Below are positions 46,767-54,911 of a stretch of 64,000 nucleotides of DNA, one piece after another (position 1 is the stretch's first letter; every line of letters begins with the position of its first letter). The stretch lies in the sequence record NC_047815.1; one strand, written 5' to 3'. Below the pieces are notes generated by a model that was given only the letters and a program-made list of their open reading frames with translations, searched no databases and was not told the origin of the DNA. The translations under genes were made by a program, and so were the position numbers.

Positions 46767-47243
46767 GAGCGTACCGCAACTAGAACTCGGTAAGCACCGT
46801 ATGTCCTGTTGTAGTTTGTACAGGACTCCAATACACACTTGCGAGAATATGTATTGGAGTCCACTCGGCGAGCAACGCGAGAAGCAACCGAGTGTTCTCC
46901 CCCTCAGATTAAGGCGCGTAGAGGGATTCGCGCCCGAGAGAGTCTTACACCTAAATGTTGTATCGCAGACGACGGCACAGGTAGCGTCTGTTGGCATCTG
47001 CATACAACGAGGTTGCTCTGCTCTTGTCCGCATGACGGTGCGGACGCGGCAGCAGGCAGTTGACCTGAAGAGACAGTTCGAGGAAACCAACTGCCTGCTG
47101 CAAACTCTCACTCATAAGCCCTTTAACAACGCGAACCGTGAGAGTATGAATTGGTTGCGGTGTACAGTTGCTCGTAAAAAGGAGAGAGACCAGAGGGAAA
47201 TCCAGTCTCTCTCAAACGTGCAGAAGCAAACTCCCTATGCTTC
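46767..47243 (-). ncRNA. Putative large structured non-coding RNA or highly structured leader, family unknown
   Basis: About ten helices of 6-17 bp, a long-range closing helix (46767-46780 with 47154-47173), an H-type pseudoknot at 46901-46934, and G-U wobbles that favour the minus strand. Confidence 0.6.
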
Positions 47244-47258
47244 ACTTGTTACGCTATT

Positions 47259-47265
47259 TAATTAG
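47259..47265 (-). promoter_or_regulatory. CTAATT(A) variant motif upstream of the structured element
   Basis: Shares the 10-mer CTCACTAATT with the motif at 56040. Confidence 0.4.
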
Positions 47266-47306
47266 TGAGTTTTGATGGATCTACTAAGAAAATTCTTATG
47301 AATTTT

Positions 47307-47885
47307 TTAGGCCATCTTGAGAAACAGTTGCATTGCGTTTAAAGTCCTAAAGAACTCATCACGTTCAAAACTACTGATACGGAAGGGGTGGTCGATGTGC
47401 GTGTTCCAGAACTGAGTGCGCAACAAGACGTTAGACGCAAGGGGTTCAGCACTGTCGAACACTGGCTTATCATCTACCAGAATAAATTTATCGTGACCGA
47501 ACTGTTCACGAAGGTAGGTCAGCTTGTTGTTGTGTGTCTTGGGATCAATAACATGAATGGTTTCGAAGTGGTGACGAATACGATGATGCTCTAAACTGAT
47601 CAACGTTTCCTTGCGACCATCAGCATGATAACCACGATGGGTGCAAATGGTTAGACGATAACCTCTGTCACGCAGCAAGTCCAACGTGTTTGCTACAAAA
47701 GGCATCAAGTTCAATTGACGCATAAACTTGGCGTCGTCCAACAACTCAAGGAAGTGTGGACCGCCGTTGACTGTTGTAATATAATGACCTTGACAATCAA
47801 TGCCACGACTTTTTAATTGCTGATCAAAATAATGATAAGTCGCAAACGCTGTATCGTCAAGGTCAATCACTATATCTTGTATCAT
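47307..47885 (-). CDS. HAD-superfamily 5'(3')-deoxyribonucleotidase-like hydrolase (192 aa)
   Basis: IVIDLDDT motif I, ICTHRG motif II, LVDDKP motif IV. Confidence 0.8.
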   Translation of the reverse strand: MIQDIVIDLDDTAFATYHYFDQQLKSRGIDCQGHYITTVNGGPHFLELLDDAKFMRQLNLMPFVANTLDLLRDRGYRLTICTHRGYHADGRKETLISLEHHRIRHHFETIHVIDPKTHNNKLTYLREQFGHDKFILVDDKPVFDSAEPLASNVLLRTQFWNTHIDHPFRISSFERDEFFRTLNAMQLFLKMA

Positions 47886-48262
47886 TAGTGTTCTACGCTC
47901 TTGAAAAGGACTGGCGTGTTTGAAATGAATGCCAAGTTGAGATTGAATTCCGATTTCTCACGAACAAAGTTGTCGTGGTCATGGACTTCAAACACAGGAC
48001 ACCCATCAACAATGAAACTTTCCTGACTGACAAGATCAATATCATCCTGTCTGCCTGGAACCATTTCCAGCGGACTGATCATCCACCGTCGCCCTTCCGA
48101 ATCACTTACAATATAGCCAACATAATCACGGCTGCCACGATGGACTACAAACAGTTTCTGGCCTACGGTTTCAATTGGCTGTTCATCGAAATCATCAACA
48201 ACATCGTTGAGGTTTTCGTCGTCTCTGAAATCTAAATCGAAATCATGGTCCACGTTCGACAT
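47885..48262 (-). CDS. Hypothetical 125-aa acidic protein
   Basis: GGAG RBS; coupled to the next gene. Confidence 0.7.
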   Translation of the reverse strand: MSNVDHDFDLDFRDDENLNDVVDDFDEQPIETVGQKLFVVHRGSRDYVGYIVSDSEGRRWMISPLEMVPGRQDDIDLVSQESFIVDGCPVFEVHDHDNFVREKSEFNLNLAFISNTPVLFKSVEH

Positions 48263-48845
48263 TGGTTGATACTCCTTTGAGACCGCGTATCACATAGTCG
48301 CTCAATCCGATCAACATGGAACGACCGACAGACGTATGCATACGTTGATTAACTGCGACGTTTACAAGGTTGTTCACAGCTTCTTCGATATGTTGTCCCG
48401 TTCTTGCACAAACGTGCCCGATCATAACTTCAGGAGATTGAGCAAAGAACGTTAAGATCTCAGCGTCATGCAGAATCTTTCCTTTATCTGTCATGGGCGC
48501 TAGTGGTGTTTCTTGGTCTCTGATAAAACTAGTTACAGATGAGCCATCTATTTTATGAGACGTATTGCCAAATACCTTAACGAGACTCAGGGCAGCAGGC
48601 ATTGAGTACAGGTTGTCAACTGCCACAATGCGCAAAAACAAACTTGCTGCCAATAGGTTGTGATCGATGTGCAGACGTTCAGAGGTCAGAGTTAAAATGT
48701 CGTGCGAAAGACCAACAACGTTTAGCGAAAAGTCTCGGGTATACACAGGGTGATGTTTGTTGTGAGTGTCAAAGAAACTCAGTGCGGAACTAAGTCCGCT
48801 TCGTTGCAACAAAACCTCACCCTTGATGCTGTTGATGCGGTACAT
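48243..48845 (-). CDS. Hypothetical 200-aa protein
   Basis: Coupled ORF. Confidence 0.7.
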   Translation of the reverse strand: MYRINSIKGEVLLQRSGLSSALSFFDTHNKHHPVYTRDFSLNVVGLSHDILTLTSERLHIDHNLLAASLFLRIVAVDNLYSMPAALSLVKVFGNTSHKIDGSSVTSFIRDQETPLAPMTDKGKILHDAEILTFFAQSPEVMIGHVCARTGQHIEEAVNNLVNVAVNQRMHTSVGRSMLIGLSDYVIRGLKGVSTNVERGP

Positions 48846-49813
48846 CAGTCAGCACGTATTTCTTTAAGGCTGTTCTTGATAGCCTTACGCAAGGTCTTGC
48901 CAACATCAATTCCAGTAACGTGACGAGCAAAGGTGTAGGCAAACAGTGACTGTGCGTTTTTCATTGCAGCCTTCTCAAGGTCAGGACGACCCTCGGCAAC
49001 TTCAATTTCACCAGGCCACAGTTCAGCAACAGCAGCCGAGTCCTGTTGAGCAATCAGTTCCAGTTCTCTGACAGAAATAGAACGTTGACGCGCAATAGAG
49101 CGGAATACCAGATCAACAAATGGCAGCAGGTCTTCGGACACAACGTTCTTGACGTCTTTAGCGTCACCAGCATTGAGGAAGTCTTCAAGCAGGGTAGCTA
49201 AGGTTGCTTTGTCCAGACGGTGAACGTTGCGCAGTTTGTTGAAGGTCATCAACCAGCGAACTTTACGCTTTGACGTCAGCAGGTGAGTCCACACACTTTC
49301 CCCCAGCGCGTACAACAAGCGATTATAAACATCTTCGCCAACTGCGGTGCTGTCTAAGAAAATGGTAATCTCATCCTGCCACTCTTCCTTGCGGAACTTT
49401 GACTTGAAGCTGTGCGTCTTTGATCCAGACTGCTGCACAAAGTTGATAGCGCCAAGACGACGCAGCGCCTCATGCAGACGATATTTGTCGATGATCTTAG
49501 GCAAACGCTTGACACCGATACGCGCTGATTTGCGAATCTCGTCTGGTCGGCCATACAGATGCATCTTTGGAAGTGGGCTAATGTCAGGCAAGCTGTGGTA
49601 AGGTCTAACAGTAACGCCAAACGCGCTGGCACCTGGTTCAGGGTCAGCACCAAGAACGCAGAGTAAATCTACGCTCGGACTAAATTTGATTGTCTCTACT
49701 TCCGGCAGGTGCATGGTGTTTGCGAGAATGCCTACAGTCTTGCCTGTTGCAAGTACCAACACATTCTTGTTACCCGACCGAACGACGAGATAATCGTTTT
49801 CTTTATGTTTCAT
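48845..49813 (-). CDS. Hypothetical 322-aa protein
   Basis: Long ORF downstream of the CTGTAAACA variant at 49864-49872. Confidence 0.8.
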   Translation of the reverse strand: MKHKENDYLVVRSGNKNVLVLATGKTVGILANTMHLPEVETIKFSPSVDLLCVLGADPEPGASAFGVTVRPYHSLPDISPLPKMHLYGRPDEIRKSARIGVKRLPKIIDKYRLHEALRRLGAINFVQQSGSKTHSFKSKFRKEEWQDEITIFLDSTAVGEDVYNRLLYALGESVWTHLLTSKRKVRWLMTFNKLRNVHRLDKATLATLLEDFLNAGDAKDVKNVVSEDLLPFVDLVFRSIARQRSISVRELELIAQQDSAAVAELWPGEIEVAEGRPDLEKAAMKNAQSLFAYTFARHVTGIDVGKTLRKAIKNSLKEIRAD

Positions 49814-49840
49814 TTTAAATCCCGAAATTCTATCGTGCAG

Positions 49841-49999
49841 TTAAATTACGACTGTGTAGGAATTGTTTACAGAAACCAGCAAGCGATTCTGGCTGAGACT
49901 TTTCTTAATCTGCTCATAGGCTTCGACCTGATGAGGAAGAAGCATAGGACGGATGTTCTGCAATTGTGGTTGTGTGCGACGACGGCCAGTTGCAGTCAA
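49841..49999 (-). CDS. Possible 52-aa mini-ORF
   Basis: TTG..TAA fills the gap: MTATGRRR...MLLPHQVEAYEQIKKSL...; weak RBS. Confidence 0.35.
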   Translation of the reverse strand: MTATGRRRTQPQLQNIRPMLLPHQVEAYEQIKKSLSQNRLLVSVNNSYTVVI

Positions 50000-50000
50000 C

Positions 50001-50531
50001 TCACTTTTCTTTACGGACATCGGCTGTTACCTCACGCGGTAAGTGGCAGGAAGAAACGCAGCTAGCACACCAACTTCCTGAAGTGCAGGACAGACTGGAA
50101 ACTATTGGTTGATGATGATCGTCAAGAACAATAATCAACTGTTCGAACCAATGGTCAGTATCATGCATTGCCAACTCAAGCGCGGCAATGTCATAGCTGG
50201 TGGCTATCTGTCGATCTATAACAACGTATTGTGGGCGACTGCTTGATGCAATATCACCAGCAATCTGACCCACACCCAAACCTTTAGGAACAATGTATCG
50301 TTCAATCTCTGCCGTGACTTCGCGTTCGTCTCGGGTGATCATTGTTAGTTCAAAACCAAATGCTTGCATACGTTCAACGAACACGTGGTCGAAGATTCTA
50401 AAAACAGAACGGTCAACGGACACGTCTACTACAGATATACCAAGTGGGCGATCTACGCGGACTGTTGCGCGAAAGCCTTCTACTTGGGAGAAACTCGAAA
50501 TCAGAGCATTAACGATATGGGCTTTATACAA
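50001..50531 (-). CDS. Hypothetical 176-aa protein
   Basis: TTG start; Cys-rich C-end. Confidence 0.6.
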   Translation of the reverse strand: MYKAHIVNALISSFSQVEGFRATVRVDRPLGISVVDVSVDRSVFRIFDHVFVERMQAFGFELTMITRDEREVTAEIERYIVPKGLGVGQIAGDIASSSRPQYVVIDRQIATSYDIAALELAMHDTDHWFEQLIIVLDDHHQPIVSSLSCTSGSWCASCVSSCHLPREVTADVRKEK

Positions 50532-50580
50532 GGTGTTGTTGTCTCACTAAGAGGAAAAATGAATCAATATATTATTGGTA

Positions 50581-50727
50581 TTATTCGTCGTCGGGATCAA
50601 CGCCGACTTTGCGGCAGAACTCGTCGAACTCTTCTTCGGACATTGTTTCCATAGCTTTGTTACGAACAATGTCCCAATGCTCTTCGGTTAATGAACGAAG
50701 AAACATCAACTCATCTTCATTAAACAT
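50581..50727 (-). CDS. 48-aa acidic mini-protein (below the track cutoff)
   Basis: GGAG + ATG: MFNEDELMFLRSLTEEHWDIVRNKAMETMSEEEFDEFCRKVGVDPDDE. Confidence 0.7.
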   Translation of the reverse strand: MFNEDELMFLRSLTEEHWDIVRNKAMETMSEEEFDEFCRKVGVDPDDE

Positions 50728-50729
50728 AG

Positions 50730-51068
50730 TTACTCCTTATCAGGGTCTCGTTGAATGAACGCATCGGATTTACCTAACTCGATTTCCAACATGCGTTCAA
50801 GGTCAAAGCCGTGTAGAGGATGTTGTGCAGGAAACTGCTGATCAACCTCTGACTTTTTCTTGTAGTAAACGAAAGCAGGCGTGACGAACTCTGACTTTTT
50901 GTTGAAGTCAAAGTTTTCAGCATTGCGCAACACCTTCTGCCTAGCCCGCTGTTTATTGCTGCGGTGTCGGTCAAGACAACTCTTAGTATCAAGGTCGTCA
51001 AAGATACCAGTACGACGCACGTACCTAAAGTTCGGATGAACACTGATATGTTTTACGATTGCAGTCAT
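50730..51068 (-). CDS. Hypothetical 112-aa protein
   Basis: Overlaps the stop of the upstream gene. Confidence 0.65.
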   Translation of the reverse strand: MTAIVKHISVHPNFRYVRRTGIFDDLDTKSCLDRHRSNKQRARQKVLRNAENFDFNKKSEFVTPAFVYYKKKSEVDQQFPAQHPLHGFDLERMLEIELGKSDAFIQRDPDKE

Positions 51069-52042
51069 CTGGAATATTTCCCATAGACGCGATATATCAA
51101 ACCTTCCGTACGTTCGATAATCGCATATTTAATACTGCGACTTGGATTATATTCACCAGAAATCATTTCTGAAACATGAATATTCTTAGCACTACCAACA
51201 TCAATAGAGGCAGCGCGAAGTTTAAACCCAGTACCAATTGAGAAGTTTTGATTGGACTCAGCACCAACAAGCGCAGTTGGCATAGGTCCTTTCTTTCCTT
51301 TGAAAATCCATTTATCCCAAATAGCGTTACATGCTTTTGTACCGCGAGTAACAATCGATCGAGGTACATCGCCACCAATCTTTTTCCTTAGAGCAGTTAT
51401 ATATTGAGAAGAAGGCTCGGGTAAGGTTTTCTTGATTGAAGTTTTACGCAGCTTCTCATTCCAAGAATCGTAAGCTATGACTTTTGCTTTACGATAATGG
51501 TCTAATATCACTGCCTGTTCAATGTTAGCCTCAATCAAGAAACAGAAAATATTGGGATCATTCTCACGGCGCTCATTGTGTTGCTTGCGCAAGCGAGTGT
51601 TTATTTCGTATTTAATATACGAAGCCCAATTATAGATACAAACCAAATGCAGCAGGTCTGTGTCGCGTCCTTTTCCCACAGCCCAAAACACAAGCGGGAT
51701 TGCATAAGCTAATATGCAATCCTTATCAAACATAGCCTTCTTCAATTTTTCAATATCAATCGCATTCTCATCTTGAGGCGAAAGAAGAATCTCACATTTT
51801 CTGTGACTTGTTGCCAGTGAACTATTACCCTCATACATTTCATCAATGGTTGTTTCACCAATAAGATCAAGTGCCTGCTGCGGAGTAACTTTTGGCCAAG
51901 TATCAAGATTCAGCAGAGGTGCCTGCCGCATTTTGAATTCGTACAAAAAGAGAAAATCGTTAACTGTCAGACGAGCAGGCAACTCAAATTCTTTTTGGTC
52001 AGACACCGACGCGGTCGACGCCGGGCGCTTTGCCTTAACCAT
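51065..52042 (-). CDS. Hypothetical 325-aa protein, AT-rich
   Basis: GAGG RBS; follows the PolA-like gene. Confidence 0.75.
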   Translation of the reverse strand: MVKAKRPASTASVSDQKEFELPARLTVNDFLFLYEFKMRQAPLLNLDTWPKVTPQQALDLIGETTIDEMYEGNSSLATSHRKCEILLSPQDENAIDIEKLKKAMFDKDCILAYAIPLVFWAVGKGRDTDLLHLVCIYNWASYIKYEINTRLRKQHNERRENDPNIFCFLIEANIEQAVILDHYRKAKVIAYDSWNEKLRKTSIKKTLPEPSSQYITALRKKIGGDVPRSIVTRGTKACNAIWDKWIFKGKKGPMPTALVGAESNQNFSIGTGFKLRAASIDVGSAKNIHVSEMISGEYNPSRSIKYAIIERTEGLIYRVYGKYSR

Positions 52043-52051
52043 TACATGTCC

Positions 52052-53710
52052 TCATTCTTTTTCGTAATATTTCGCATATGCTCTATTTACAGTATTCTCT
52101 TGATTGCCAGACACCGTTTTAGACATAATGCATCGTTTGTCGTTCTTGAAGGTGTGGCCATTTTCCCAAACCTTGTCAAACAATCGAATTGCGTCAGTGG
52201 TTGTGCAGAATGGCTTTTCCTCCATATCGATACAATTGTTGTAAGTACCACAAACGATAGCTCCATCAAACTCAGCACTGCACCAAAGATTTTGAGCAAG
52301 CACCTCAAGAAGTTTTTGGCTCTCTCGACCTTGAATGTAATGACTCAAAATCGAATAACGTTCCTTCTTGATTTTAGTGAAGGGTATTTGATACGAACAT
52401 TCAACATCGTTGACAAATGAATAAACCGCATTACGATTGTAGGCTTTTTCGATCAATCGATCAATCAATTGAGATACAATATCCGCCGCAGGTTTATAAA
52501 TACTTTTCCATTTCTGCCATATGCCCAACACATAGGCATTTTGCGCGAGTTCAGTTTGTTTTGGAGAATCAGGTACGATAAGAGATTCGAGAACTTTAAG
52601 AACTTTAGAATCCTTCCACAAGGCTTTGGCCAAAGGTGTTAACACTGATCTGCGGTTGTCACCAATAGACACAGTTATTTTATACTGATTCTGCCAGCCC
52701 TTGTAGATTCCACCAAAGTTTAACGTCTTGGCAGTGTCGCGCGTTACACCTAACGTTTTAGCCAAGTAACCATGATCGATATGAATAGTATCTGGTATTT
52801 CCAGATCGTTTTCTTCAAGAAGTTCTTTGAGAATGGTTATATGAGCCTGACTCATATCATAGTTGGTACCATATGTATGATCAAAACACAAACGCTTAAC
52901 AGGTTTAAGAAATGCCTGACTGATACCAAACATACGACTGCCGACATCGTTGATGTAATACTGGTCATAGAACTCAACGATGCGATCTTTTTCCGTGCCA
53001 CCAACAACTTTGAAGCCAAGCCTAGACGCTCGTTCCAACACAGCCCATAGTTTGGAGTACGCGCTGTGCTTTCCGTGATAGTCGAGGTTTCTCAGACAAT
53101 CTAAGGCTCTATCAAGATAAAATCTGTAAGGACGTTGATTATCAATAGCCCTCTCGATAAGATCTGAAATTTCAGCCTTTCCTCGTCTAAGATTTGCTGG
53201 ACGCACTATACGGTGTTTGATAATCTCAGGCACTATGGAACGTTCAATCAGGTCAGACTTTGATTTAGCCTTAGGTCTACGTCGAAGCCTGACGGTTATA
53301 TCGTATAGAGGTTCATCTACGGTATTAGCCTTACGGAATTTCCGCTCAAATGATGGTTTAAACTGCCATTCTCGACAACGCCCTTTTATATAGTCGAAAG
53401 GCGTTACAATTAATACGGACTCCAGCCAAGCCTGAATTTCAGGATTTTTACGATAAACCAAGGCATATCTAGCAGGATTTCTACTGTCTCGAAACCAATT
53501 GTACGGTACAGGCACTTGATGCTTCATTTTACGTCCAGTAAGACCTGTGCGTTCTGCGATGTGCAGGAACAAGAAGGACAAACTGTCGTAAAATCTATTT
53601 ACATCTGCCCCAATAGGAACAGGGCAGCTTTGAATCGTATCCCAAAATACTTTATGGGCAGACATGGGAACTAAACGCGTCCCACGATAGGCAAAGTTGC
53701 TTTTCTTCAT
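52052..53710 (-). CDS. Divergent family-A-like (PolA/T7-RNAP superfamily) palm-domain protein, ~552 aa, no exonuclease
   Basis: Motif A NYDMSQAH, motif B RDTAKTLNFGGIYKG and motif C AEFDGAIV, in the correct order. Confidence 0.65.
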   Translation of the reverse strand: MKKSNFAYRGTRLVPMSAHKVFWDTIQSCPVPIGADVNRFYDSLSFLFLHIAERTGLTGRKMKHQVPVPYNWFRDSRNPARYALVYRKNPEIQAWLESVLIVTPFDYIKGRCREWQFKPSFERKFRKANTVDEPLYDITVRLRRRPKAKSKSDLIERSIVPEIIKHRIVRPANLRRGKAEISDLIERAIDNQRPYRFYLDRALDCLRNLDYHGKHSAYSKLWAVLERASRLGFKVVGGTEKDRIVEFYDQYYINDVGSRMFGISQAFLKPVKRLCFDHTYGTNYDMSQAHITILKELLEENDLEIPDTIHIDHGYLAKTLGVTRDTAKTLNFGGIYKGWQNQYKITVSIGDNRRSVLTPLAKALWKDSKVLKVLESLIVPDSPKQTELAQNAYVLGIWQKWKSIYKPAADIVSQLIDRLIEKAYNRNAVYSFVNDVECSYQIPFTKIKKERYSILSHYIQGRESQKLLEVLAQNLWCSAEFDGAIVCGTYNNCIDMEEKPFCTTTDAIRLFDKVWENGHTFKNDKRCIMSKTVSGNQENTVNRAYAKYYEKE

Positions 53711-53740
53711 CAATACTCGCTTTTGCTCTTTCTTGTTGGT

Positions 53741-53748
53741 TATTTACA
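53741..53748 (-). promoter_or_regulatory. TGTAAATA promoter-like motif
   Basis: Upstream of 53710. Confidence 0.5.
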
Positions 53749-54210
53749 CTTTCCTTGCAGATAACCAACTATAGGGAGTATCAATACGGTATAAGTCTCT
53801 ACTTCTAGCTCTCTCAACCATCATCATATCAGGCATATATCAGTCAGATCAGCGTGAGCATGAGCCACTTTGGGTCACAATAAATAGCAAAATCAGACCG
53901 AGTAGAATCGCACGCTGGTAGCTTCTAACATAGCCGATAGGTGCATAGAATTCAAATCCATGCAAAAAATGAATTATATAGCAAATCGTGTCCGCAATAA
54001 GGTATTTCGATCCGCGCTATACCTGTGGAGCGTATAGGGACACCGCTGGTCGATAATCGTAAGGTTGAGAATTGCTAAAAACAGCTAAAAATCGACGATT
54101 TCTCAGGGATTGCAATTCTAATCGCCTGACGGGCGCCTACAAGCATGTCCTGCGGGCGCCTAAAATCCATGATTTTCAGACAAATCTCACCGTATTTTCA
54201 ACGGCGAAGA
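53749..54210. other. Long non-coding region with direct and inverted repeats (origin or packaging-site candidate)
   Basis: AAATCG-A-CGATTT palindrome 54089-54101; CGGGCGCCTA at 54130 and 54153; GCTAAAAA twice (54074, 54084); AGAATTGC/GCAATTCT inverted pair. Confidence 0.35.
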
Positions 54211-54903
54211 CTATTTTTTACGGCTAACAACCTGATTCAGCTTTTTGCCTATCTGATTAAAGATACGCTGAACCGTTTCACCGTCGTGATTTTTAATCGC
54301 CAGTGCAAGCTGTTCACCCTGTTCACGGCTCAATTCTGGCATAACCAGCTTCAACATCTGACTGCGCATCTTAGCTGATGGGCTTTTACCACGCGATTCG
54401 CTGGCCATCATAGTTGTAGCAGGCACACCGGCACGCTGTTGGTCTTCCACAGGAGTAGCTTCTGCGCCGGAAGGACGATTCACAATGCGACTAGGGTAAT
54501 CACCGCGTAGGATAGCAGCCAAACGCTCGCCCAGAGGTGCAAACAGCCGTTCAAATTCAGTTTTAGGCTGCCAGCTCTCGTCGCTGCTGTAGGTAAACAC
54601 ATCTTCGGTCATGATACGACCCTGTTTGCCTTCAACAGCCTTAACAGCCTGCTCACGACCTACCTGCTGCTCATCGTCAGTCTTTTTCAACTGGACAACA
54701 GCACGAGAACGCTTAGGTGCCACATAGCTGCGATTGTCTTCTCCCAGAACCTTGCCTGTCAAGCGGCTTTCATCGCCCATACCACGTACAGGAATATCTT
54801 CAACCGGCTCAGCCTCGTTTGTATGATCCACTGTTGCCTTTGTGAAATTGCCGCGCTGCACACGATATTCGCGGCTTTCGCTCAAGTTAATTTTTAGCTT
54901 CAT
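54211..54903 (-). CDS. Hypothetical 230-aa protein (MKLKINLSESR...)
   Basis: Start reassigned to the ATG after GAGGG, just downstream of the upstream gene's stop. Confidence 0.75.
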   Translation of the reverse strand: MKLKINLSESREYRVQRGNFTKATVDHTNEAEPVEDIPVRGMGDESRLTGKVLGEDNRSYVAPKRSRAVVQLKKTDDEQQVGREQAVKAVEGKQGRIMTEDVFTYSSDESWQPKTEFERLFAPLGERLAAILRGDYPSRIVNRPSGAEATPVEDQQRAGVPATTMMASESRGKSPSAKMRSQMLKLVMPELSREQGEQLALAIKNHDGETVQRIFNQIGKKLNQVVSRKK

Positions 54904-54911
54904 GTTGCCCT

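Noticed and set aside
47064-47088. CTGAAGA...GAAA on the plus strand resembles a hammerhead ribozyme core
   Set aside because: Stem II is followed by GAG rather than GAAA, there is no third stem, and wobble pairs indicate the structure is on the minus strand.
46767-47243. tmRNA, RNase P or group I intron identity for the structured region
   Set aside because: No tRNA-like acceptor/T-arm with CCA, no GAGGAAAGUCC, no recognisable P7 core, and it does not interrupt a gene. Left as unknown pending an Rfam search.
46659-47265. Track ORFs 46659-47111 (-), 46801-47265 (+) and 46839-47063 (+)
   Set aside because: No good RBS, atypical Cys/Arg-rich composition, and they overlap the helical element; probably spurious, though short translation is not excluded.
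49928-49935. CTGATGAG hammerhead-like heptamer
   Set aside because: No downstream stem II with CGAAA; explained by coding sequence (PHQ) on the minus strand.
54145-54378. 77-aa plus-strand ORF in and near the candidate origin region
   Set aside because: Overlaps the 3' end of the 230-aa gene in antisense, has no RBS, and has unusual composition.
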